Origin: the human T2T-CHM13v2.0 reference genome, Homo sapiens
Strand: one strand, 5' to 3'
Assembly (NCBI RefSeq): GCF_009914755.1
Contig: NC_060938.1
Length of the DNA: 64,000 bases
Shown here: piece after piece, positions 51,945 through 64,000 of the stretch
Position numbering within the stretch: the first letter of the stretch is position 1
Layout: each line of letters begins with the position of its first letter
Position numbers and translations under genes: made by a program
Notes under the pieces: generated by a model
Told to the model about the DNA's origin: nothing
Databases searched by the model: none
The model's input: the letters and a program-made list of their open reading frames with translations, nothing else

Positions 51945-53460
51945 ATGATGGTGTAGTTTTAATTTCAAATTCTACTATTTCATTGCTGGGACTATAAAAA
52001 CGATTGACTTTTGCATATTAACTTTTTATTCTGTAATTTTGCTGTAATCAATCAGTTCCTGAAGCTTGTTTGTCAGTTCTTTTGCATTTTGTACATAGAA
52101 AGTTATGTCATCTGCATATAATGACAGTCTGATTTCTCTCTTCTCTTTCTGCATGCCTTTTATTACCTTTTCTTGTTATATTGCATTAGCTAGGCCTTCC
52201 TGAAAGATACTGAAAAGGAATGGTAAGCAAGCACATCCTTGTCTTCTTTCTCATTAGATTTGATATTACCTGTAGGATTTCTTTGTAGATTATCATATGA
52301 AATTGAGACAGTTCGCTTGATTCCAAATTTCCTACCTTTTTTTTTTAATAATGAGTGGGCATTGCTATGTGCTTTTTCTGCATCTACTAATATGACTATG
52401 GGATTTGTCTCCTTCACTCTGTTGATTAATAGATTGTATTAATTGACTTTCAAATGTTGAGACAGCCTTCCATACCCAGAATAAACCCTGCTTAAGTCAT
52501 GGTGTATGATTCTTTTTATAAATTGTTGAATTGGCTCTTCTAGAATTCTGTTGAGGATTCTGCAACTATGTTCATGCAAGATATTGTTCTGTAATTTTCT
52601 TTTCTGGTAATGTCTTAGTCAGTTTTGGGTATTAATAGAATGTTGAGTCATAAAATGAGTTAGGAAGTAGTCCTTCTGCTTCTATCTTTTGAAAGACATT
52701 GTAGAGAATTAGTATAATTTCTCTTTAAACACTTGGTGGAGTTGACCAGTGAACCCATAAGGGCCTGGTGATTTTCATTTTCAAAGGTTATTAAACATGA
52801 ATTTACTTCATTTAATAGATATAAACCTGTTTAGAATATTTATTCCTGTTGTGTAAGTGTTGGCAGCTTGTGTCTTTCACATAATTCATTATTCCTTATT
52901 ATTCATATAATGTTCATGAGATTTGTAGTGATGCCCCTTCTTTTGGTTCTGATATTAGTAATTTGAGTTTTCTGTCTTCTTTTCTTAGTTACCCTGTCTG
53001 AAGGCTTATTAATTTTAGTGGTCTTTTTAAATAATCAGCTCCTGGTTTCAATCTTCTCTATTAATTTCCTGCTTTCATTTCATTGATTTCTGTTCTAATT
53101 TCTATTATTTCTTATCATTAAATTCACATTGAATTTAATTTCTCTTCTTTTTCTTGTTTCCTAAAATGGAGGCTTAGATTATTGATTTTTTTTACCATTC
53201 TTCTTTTCTATCATATGCATTCAATGTTATATATTTCCCACTGAGCTCTGTCTGAACTGCATCTTACAAATTTTGTTAAGTAATATGTTAATTTTTATTT
53301 AGTTCAAAATATTTTAACTTTACCTGCAATTTCTTCTCTTTTTATTCCCACAACTGTGTTGTTTAACTCACAAAACCAAACAAAATTAAGTAGTTTGAGA
53401 TTTCTAGCTAGCTTTCTGATAACGATTTCTTATTTAATCTCACTGTGATCTGGGGACAAT
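51945..53460 (-). mobile_element. L1MB/MC ORF2 fragment (antisense)
   Basis: atgtcatctgcatataatgacag...ttgaggattctgcaactatgttcatg...ccagtgaacccataagggcctgg. Confidence 0.88.
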
Positions 53461-53610
53461 TACTACTGAATTTTTACATTTTTCTGCATTCTCTTTTTTA
53501 CTTAGCTCTTTTTTTAATCTCTTTTTTTGTCTATTCATTTCAGCCTCTTACTAGTGACTCTATGCTTATTTTATTTTGTTAAAAAAAATGCCATGCAATA
53601 TTTCCACCTA

Positions 53611-55600
<1,990 letters not shown>

Positions 55601-56164
55601 TAGGGTTCCATTTTTACTGTTTACTAATACTTAAAATATAAGTGATATATTTCAGACTGTGTGTGGTAACTAAAGAGTCATATCTTTTTTTCACAAAATT
55701 CATTCTCAGTTCCCACACTGGAAACTAAACAAGTGGATTCTAGTAGAATTACTCTTTCAGAAACATAGCTGTAGAAAACATACTTATATACTTGTTTTAT
55801 CTTAATTCTAATATTGACTCACACTGCTGATCCTTCAATTGCCAAAAACTTTCAATGTAGAGTGGATTTTATTCCACCACAGGTGGGATTCTAATATGTT
55901 GCCAATTAGAAGTTGATACAATTTTGAATCCTAAAAAAATGCTGTCACTTTCCATAGACCTTCCCATTTTACAGTATTTTTCTCGGGCAGTAAATCTCTC
56001 ATTATGCCATTCAGCACACTTCTGCTTCTGTTATGAATTTGCAGTCTCAACGGATATAGAAGTATAGTTACAGAAAAAGGAACTAAACAGTTGATTTTGG
56101 CTATCTGCACAATGGTCTTGATTGCTAACTCAAGGCTAACTCAATACATATCTATTTCTATCAT

Positions 56165-56331
56165 CATCCATGTAGGTAGGCATGTGTGCGTGTGTGTGTT
56201 TGTGTGCACATGTGCAATGTGCAAGTCTTTGTGTTTGTGTTTGCTACACATCCATGTAGGTAGGCATGTGTGCATGTGTGTGTTTGTGTGCACATGTGCA
56301 ATGTGCAAGTCTTTGTGTTTGTGTTTGCTAC
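56165..56331. repeat. 84-bp tandem duplication (2 copies, TG-rich)
   Basis: Copies start at 56165 and 56249; one mismatch (g/a at a CpG). Confidence 0.97.
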
Positions 56332-57693
56332 TCCAGAGGGTAAAGCACGTGTAGACCATGTATTTACCTTCTTATCAAACCTATGTCTATGTTTTAATTG
56401 CTAGAATTTGTTAAGTATCTAACCACAAAATATCTCTTGTTTTTTGTTTTTAAGCCATTTCACGTTTGTATTACTTTATGAATATTTTAATATTGTGTTA
56501 TTGGGTAACATTTCACAGACTTCTAATCTCACATTATTTCATTCCAGAACCCCTACCCACAGTCAACCTCTAACTTTTTAATTTTATCCTGTAACTTCAT
56601 GGCATCTCTAGTGCTGTATGAATTCCTTGCCTCCAGATCACAAAATATATTTCTAAATATTCTTTTAAATATTGGCATAACAAACTAATTCAGTGTAGAC
56701 TCTTCATAGACTCTTCCTGTGATTTTAGTTCATCCTATTTCCAACTGTCTGGAAGAATGGTCCACAAAGGAGCCACGATAAGATGACTGAAAAGAAACCT
56801 CCAGTGATCATCCCCCCACAGGGGGAAAACAAAATTGAACAACTATTCATGCAAGAAAGCACCTTCATAAGAACTAAAAATCAGGTAAGCAATTACAGTA
56901 CATAGTTTTAATAATTATATCAAGGAAAGAGGCACTGAAGAGGGTAGGAAAGAGAGTCTTGCATTGCCCACACCACCCCTTCTCCATCCCCTGGCAGTGC
57001 ACATAGACAGAATCTGTGTGCTTGGGGGAGGGAGATCAAAGCGACTGTGCAACTTCACATTATAACTCAGGGCTGTCCTTTCTCAGCAGAACAAACATAG
57101 GAAAGAATTCTTCTGGTGCCCGTGGAGAAAGCATTGAAAGTAGCCCAGGCCAGAGTGGATCCTCCACTGCGGAAGTAGGAATCTAAATGGCAGCTAGCTC
57201 TACCACAGGCTAACTAAAGTATTCTGGAATCCTAAATACATTTGAAGGGCAGCCAGGCCACAGGGACTTCAGTCCTTTGGCAAATTTGGTGCTGCTGCAC
57301 TGAGCTCAGAGCCAGTGAACTTAGAGTGCACACAACCCAGTGAAACACCAGTTGTGGTGACCAAGAGAGTGCCTGTGTCATTCCACTCCTTACTCTAGAC
57401 AGTGCTACTCCAGGAGACTTCTTCCACAGTGGAAAGGAGAAAAGACTAGAGGACCCTGTCTTGCCGTCTTGGGTACCAGGTCAACCATAGTAAAATAGAA
57501 CACCAGGTATATTCCTGAAGACCCTGATTCAGGTCCTAGCTTCTGAAAGGCATTTTTAGACCCTTCCTGGGCTAGAAGGGAACATGCTGCACTGAACAGA
57601 AAGACAAAGTCCTCGCAAGATTTACCACCTGCTGACTAGTGGTAGCCATGCAGTAGTCCTATTGGCCATGAGCTAGACCAAGTACTGTGCTGA

Positions 57694-58803
57694 TGATGGC
57701 AGTGGGTGCTGCCATCATTCCAGCTGCAGCAGGGAGGCACGGCTGGGGCTACACATTCCATGGAGCTGGTGGGAGCCCTGCCCCTTCTGAGTTGGAGTGG
57801 GAGCCCCCATGCCACTACAGCCACCAAAATGGAAGCAGTGGATTTGAACCTCCCTGTGCTCTTGGGGGAGGGCCAGGAGCAGGCAGCATCTGCCTTCCCA
57901 GGTGGGGCTGCGGCCACCACCCTAGTTGCAAGACTTGGGGCATCTCTGCAGCCTGTACCCTTGCGACCCCCAGGAAAGACCTCCCTGCTTCCATCCCTGC
58001 AGGTTCAGGGGTGTCTGCTCTGACTGCCTGGCCTCTCTGCACTTCCAGCACCCGCTCCAATCTTGGAGTAGGCTTGGGGCCAAGCCCCAAGGCCTCAAAT
58101 GACATTGGGATGCAAACAGAGCCCTGGGAGGAAGGGGACAGGTCCCCAATAAGGCCCCACGTTCAGGCCAAGAAGGGGTCTGAAGGCTGGGGGCCAGGCT
58201 GCCAGTTGTGCTGCCTGGAGTAAGGAGCTATGGTTCTTCTGGGCCTGTTCAAGGCCATCCATGGACCTATCAGCATGCACTTCCGCCCCTCTGAGGTCCA
58301 TAAAATCCCTGGGCTCAGCTAGAGCAGGGCAGAAGATGGCCAGAGGAGAAAAGTTCAGAGAGATGATGGGATGACCAGCTGCAGAGAGGAGTACCCTCTC
58401 TGCTGAGAGCTACAGGGATGACCATCTGCAGAGAGGAGTACCCTCTCAGCTGAGGGCTACAGAGAAGACCTGCCAGCACAGAGGAGCTACCTTCTCTGCT
58501 GAGAGCTTCAGAGACAGGCAGAGAGGAGCTACCCTCCCTGCTAAGAGCTTCAGAGACCTACAGAGAGAGCTGCTCTCTCTGCTGAGAGCTGAATACTCCA
58601 CATGATGACCTGCCTACAGAGAGGAGCTACCCACTCTGGGTCTCCTCTGAGGTGTTTTAACACTAAATAAAACTTATCTTCTTCACCCTTCACTTGTCTG
58701 AGTACCTCATTCTTCCTGGACGCAGGACAAGAACTCAGGCAAAGGCACCGTAGTCACAGATGTTTCTGGCCAGAAAACTCAACACCCCAGAGATCCTGTA
58801 ACA
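57694..58803 (+). mobile_element. ERV1 solo LTR, MER52/LTR27/LTR28 group, inserted in the L1 5'UTR
   Basis: tgatggcagtggg...ggtcacagatgtttctggccagaaaa-type end...gatcctgtaaca; internal gcagagaggagtaccctctctgctgagagct repeats; aataaa near 58666; TSD ctga/ccga. Confidence 0.85.
58378..58637 (+). repeat. LTR-internal tandem array, about six units of cagagaggag(c)taccctctctgctgagagct
   Basis: Units visible near 58381, 58428, 58478, 58518, 58560 and 58616. Confidence 0.85.
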
Positions 58804-61800
58804 CCGACTTCAGGCGTAACTCAGTACTGTCCCTAATGTGGTGGTCACAGGGGTTCTTGTGTGACCCCTCCCTCAGCTCCAGGAGGCCCAGCAGGGACAG
58901 ACACTCTTTCTGTTTGGGGAAAATGAGAGAGGAGAACAAGAGACTCTACCTGATAATCCAGGAGATTCTCCTGGATCTTACTCAAGGCTACCAAGATGGT
59001 ACCTCTACTAACCTGTAAAAATCACAGTGTTGCTGGGCTTGGGGCACCCCCTAGTGCAAGTGTGACTGCCGTGACCAAAAACTACACCACTCAATACCCT
59101 TTGAATATCTGAAAAGCCTCTCAAGAAGGAGGAGTACACACAAGCCAGACTGTGAAGATTAGAATAAATATTTGATGCTCCAATGCCCAGGCATTGACGA
59201 ATATTCACATGCAGTAAGAACATCCAGGAAAACATGACCTCACCAAATGAACTAAATGAGGCATCAGTGATTAGGCTCATAATGACAGAGATATATGACC
59301 TTTCACACAGGTAATTCAAAATAATTGTTTAAAGGAAGTTCACTGGACTTTATGATAACACAGAAAACAGATTTAGAATCCTATAAGATAAAGAAAAATC
59401 AAGCAGAAATTCTTAAGCTGAAAAATTCAATTACAAACTGAAAAATGCATCAGTCTCTCAGCAGAATTGATCAAGCAGAAAAATTAGGAGCTTGAAGACA
59501 GCCTGTATAAAATACACATTAAAAAAATAAAATAAATGCAGCATACTTACAGGATCCAGAAAATAGCCTCAAAAGAGCAATTTTGAGTTATTTACCTGAA
59601 AAAAAGAGGTAGAGAGAGAGAGACTGGTGTAGAAAGTTTACTAAGAAATAATAGTAGAGAAATTTCCAAATTTAAAGAAAGTCATCAATATTCAGGTACA
59701 AAGTCATAGAACACCAAGCATATGTAACTCAAAAAAAGACTATCTCAAGGTATTTAATAATCAAACTTCTTAAGCTCAAGGATTAAAAAAAAAAGAATCC
59801 TAAAAGCAGCGATATAAATGAACAAATAATGTACAAAGGAGTGTTAATACATCTGGTAGCAGACTTCTAAGTGAAAATCTTATGGGCCAGGAGAGAGTGG
59901 CATAGCATATTCAAATTGCTGAAGGAAAGGAAAAATAATTACCCAAACACTTTTACCCTAAAATTATATCCAGCAAAAATATCCTTCAAACATGAAGGAG
60001 AAATAATGACTTTCACAGACAAACAAAAGCTGAAGGATTTCATCAACATCAGACCTGTCCTAGAAGAAATGTTGAAGGGAGTTCTTTACTCTGAAAGGAA
60101 AGGACATTAACAAGCAATTAGAAATCATCTGAAAGTACAAAACACACTAGTAATGGTAAATACACAGACAAACATAGAATACTTCAATATTCTAATTGTG
60201 GTGTATATAGTAAGAACACAGGCAAATATAGAATACTTAACTCTCTAATAATACAGGATACTTAACACCTTTCTTACTTAGTAAGAAGACTAAAAGTCAA
60301 TTACAACAACTTTTAAAAGGATAGATGGTATGAAAAGGTATAACTAGAAACAACATAAAGTTAAAGAGTTGGGAGGAGGAAGTTAATCAGTAGAAACTTT
60401 TATTAGTTTTCTCTTTGCTTGTTTGTTTTTTAATAATCAGATTTAAGTTGCCATCATTTTAAAATAACTGGTTATATTATGTTATCAGCAAGCCTCATGG
60501 CAACATCAAATCAAAAACCTACAACAGCTACACAAAAAAATGAAAAGCAAGAAATTAGAACATACTACCAGAGAAAATTACTTTTACACAAAGAAAAACA
60601 GGCAGAAAGGAAGGGAGAAAGATAATTTTTAAAAAGCAAGTAATAAATTGGTAATAATAAGTCCCAAAGTATAATTAATAAAATTAAGTTTAAATGGGCC
60701 AAACACTCCAATCAGAAGCATGTAACGGCAGAGTGAATTAAAAAAAAAGAAGATCCAACTACATACCGCCGATAATAAACTCACTTAATCTATAAAGATA
60801 CACATAGACAAAAAGCAAAGGGATAGAAAAAGATATTCCATGACAATGGAAATGACAAAAGAGCAGAAGTAGTTATACTTATATCAAATAAAATAGATTT
60901 AAGACAAAAATTATATAAAGAGACAAAGAATGTCATTAATGATAAAAAGGTCAATTCAGGAAGAGGATATAATAATTGTTAATATATATTCAACCAATGC
61001 TGGAAGACTCAAATTTATAATTTATACATTATTCATGCTAAAGATAGAGATAAAACCAATAAAATAATAGCTGGAGATCTCAACACCCCAGTTGCAGCAT
61101 TGGGAAGATCATCCAAAAAATGAAAAAAAAATCTATATTGGATTTAATCTATAAATCAAATGGACCTAACAGATATTTATAGGACATTTCATCCAATAGC
61201 TGCAGAATACACATTCTTCTCCTCAGAAAATAGATTATTCTCAAGAATAGGCCATGTGTTAGGCCACAATACAAGTCGTGAAAAATTCTAAAGTATTGAA
61301 ATCATATATACTCTCATCACAATAGAACATATGAAAATTATATAATATGCTCCTGAATGACCAGTGGGTCAACGAAGAAATTAAGCACATTTAAAAATTT
61401 TTTGAAACAAATGAAAATAAAACATGATATACCAAAAACCTATGGCATCAGCAAAAGCAATGCTAAAAGTTTATAGCAATAAGCACGTACAGCAAAAAAC
61501 AAGAAAGAACTTCCAAAAAAACTGACGCATCTTCAAAAACTAGAAAAGAAAGAGCCAAACAAGCCTAAAATTTGTAGAAGAATAAACAATAATTTAAAGC
61601 AGATACAAATGAATTTGAAACTAACAAGCCAAAAAAAAGCTGAACAAAAAGAAATGTGGTTTTTTGAAATGATAAACACAATTGACAATCTCTTAGCAAG
61701 ATTTAAAATATCAGAGAAAACATTCAAATAAATATCATCAAAGATGAAAGAGGAAACATTATATCTGATGCCAACAAAATTTAGAGATTCACTAAAGACT

Positions 61801-63690
61801 ACTATGAGCAACTCTATGCCCACAAATTGAAGATCCATGTAGCCTACCAAGATTGAATCATAAAGAAATCCAAAACCTGAATAGAACTATAACAAGTAAA
61901 AAGATTGAAACCATGACAAAAAGTCTTCCATCAGACAAAAACCCAGGAGCTGTCAGGTTCACTGTTGAATTATTCCATATATTTAAAGAAGAACTAATAG
62001 CTATTCTTCTCAAACTATTCTGAAAATTGAAGAGGTAAGAATATGTCTAAACTCATTTTGGAAGGCCAGTATTACACTGATACCAAAACCAGACAAAGAC
62101 ACAACTAAAAAAGAAAACTACAGGCTAATATCTCTGATGAACATACATGCAAAAAATCCTCAACAAAATACTAATCAAATTCAATCACACATTTAAAAAA
62201 ATCATTTATCATGACCAAGTGAGATTCATTCCAGGAATGCAAGGATGGTTTAATATACACAGATCAATGTGATACATCATATCCACAGAATGAAGGACAA
62301 AAATCATATGATTATTTCAATTGATGCTGAAAATGCACTCAATAAAATTAAACATTAGTTCATAATAAAAGAAATCTCAAAAAATCTGGGAATAGAAGTA
62401 ATATACTTCAATGCAATAAAAGCCATATAGGACAGACCCACAGCTATCAACATACTGAATGAGGAAAAAATTATCTTAGAGCCTTTCCTCTAAGATGTGA
62501 AACAGAAAAAGGCTATGCATTTCACCACTGTTATTTAATATAGTATTGGAACTGTTTGCTAGAGTAATTAGACAAAAGAAAGAAAGAGCATCCAAATTGG
62601 ATTGGAATAAGTAAAATTATTTCTTTTTATAGATGATATCATCTTATATCTAGAAAAACCTACAGATTCTATCAAAAATCATTAAAACAGATGAACACAT
62701 TCAGTAAAGTTGCAGGATACAAAATTAACATAAAAATCAGCAGCACTTCTATATGCCAACAACAAACAATCTGATAGACAAATGAAGAAAGTAATACCAT
62801 GATAGTAAATAAAAATAAAATAAAATGCCTAGGAATAAACTTAAAAGAAGTGAAAGTTCTCTGCAATGAAAACTGTAAAAATTGATGAAAGTAATTAAAG
62901 AGGACATACATAAAAAATGAAAAGATGCTCCATGTTCATGAATTGGAAGAATAAATCTGTTTAAAATGTCTGTACTACCTAAAACAATCTATGGATGCAA
63001 ATATCAAAATATCAATGACATTCTTCCCCAAAACTGAAAAAAAAAATCCTAACATTTATACAGAACAACAAAAGACCCAATTATCCTGAGCAAAAAGAGC
63101 AAAACTGAAGAAATCACATCACCTAACTTCAAATTATATTACAGAGCTATAGTAAACAAAACAGCACAATACTAACATCAAAACAGACACATAGTCTGAT
63201 AGAACAGATTAAAGAACTCATAAATAAATCCACATATTTGCAATTCTATGTTTGTTGCATCATTGTTTACAGGTAAGACATTTTTGGCAAAGGGGCCATG
63301 AACATACATTGGGGAAAGCAGGGTCTCCTAAATAAATGGTGCTGGAAAACTGGCTATCTATATGCAGAAGAATGAAATTAGACCCCTATCCCTTGCCATA
63401 AAGAAAAGCAAATCTAAATGGATTAAAGACCTAAATTTGTGGAAAATGTATGAAGATACTAAAAGAAAACATGGTGGAACGTCTCCTGAACATTGGTCTA
63501 GGCAAAAATTTCTTGAGTAATAACTCAAAGCACAGACAACCAAAGCAAACATGGACAAATGGGATCACATTGAGCTAAAATGTTTCTTCCCAGTAATGGA
63601 AATAATAAAAAAGTAAAGAGACAACCCACAGAGTGGGAGAAAATATTTGCAAATTACCCATCTGACAAAGGATTAATAACCAGAATTTAT

Positions 63691-64000
63691 TGGGAGGGCA
63701 AGGCAGGTGGATCACCTGAGGTGAGGAGTTCGAGACCAGCCTGATCAACATGGTGAAACCCTGTCTCTAATGAAAAATACAGAAAAGTAAAATAAAATAA
63801 AAATAATAAAATTAGCTGGGTGTGGTGGCAGGCACCTGTAATGGCAGCTACTTGGGAGACTGAGGCAGGAGAATCGTTTGAACCCAGGAAACGGTGGTTG
63901 CAGTGAGCCAAGATCACACCATTGCACTACAGATTAGATGACAAAAGTGAAAATCCATCCCCCAAAAAACAAACAAACACACACAAAAAACAACAACAAC
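63691..64000 (+). mobile_element. AluS (Sq/Sx-like), 5'-truncated, expanded A-rich linker
   Basis: tgggagggcaaggcaggtggatcacctgagg...aagatcacaccattgcact...(AC/AAC)-rich tail running to the window end. Confidence 0.93.

Larger units (their letters stand above)
56765..63690 (+). mobile_element. Near full-length old L1 (L1M2/L1MA-like): 5'UTR, ORF1, ORF2, non-coding; interrupted by LTR and Alu
   Basis: 5'UTR aagatgactgaaaagaaacctccagtgatc...; ORF1 remnant (ARREWHSIFKLLKE...LYPAKISFKHEGEI at 59871-60110); ORF2 EN/RT remnants to 63690. Confidence 0.93.

Noticed and set aside
57636-58301. Cluster of overlapping ORFs and a possible CpG-island promoter
   Set aside because: GC-rich LTR with few stop codons; CpG is visibly depleted; no gene structure

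Overview
This is primate genomic DNA, most likely human or another hominoid, judged from AluJ/AluS, L1PA4-like, THE1C, MSTB and MER41B elements. It is AT-rich, CpG-poor and dominated by interspersed repeats, as in a gene-poor G-band region or a deep intron. I see no recognisable protein-coding gene, RNA gene or processed pseudogene. Most ORF-track entries fall in Alu, L1, LTR or low-complexity sequence; the rest are short frames with no recognisable homology. Main contents: two long old L1s with 5'UTR, ORF1 and ORF2 (4.6-9.6 kb; 56.8-63.7 kb), a twin-primed L1PA4 with TSD, a full-length MSTB MaLR, a truncated THE1C, solo LTRs (MER41B, MER61, MSTB, MER52-group, MER50/LTR1-group), nine Alus, L2/MIR/MER1 relics and several tandem duplications. 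I cannot support a novel biological system. The strongest leads are structural or regulatory: (i) two L1 pieces that are contiguous in the consensus but lie ~21.7 kb apart on opposite strands, suggesting an old inversion; (ii) a similar local inversion/deletion at 44.9-47 kb; (iii) a MER41B with both GAS (STAT1) motifs intact and a THE1C LTR with a DUX4 motif; (iv) a 38-bp insertion in L1 ORF2 apparently copied from elsewhere in L1; (v) two weak candidate coding segments in unique DNA. Repeat families were assigned by eye from remembered consensus sequences, and most boundaries are approximate.
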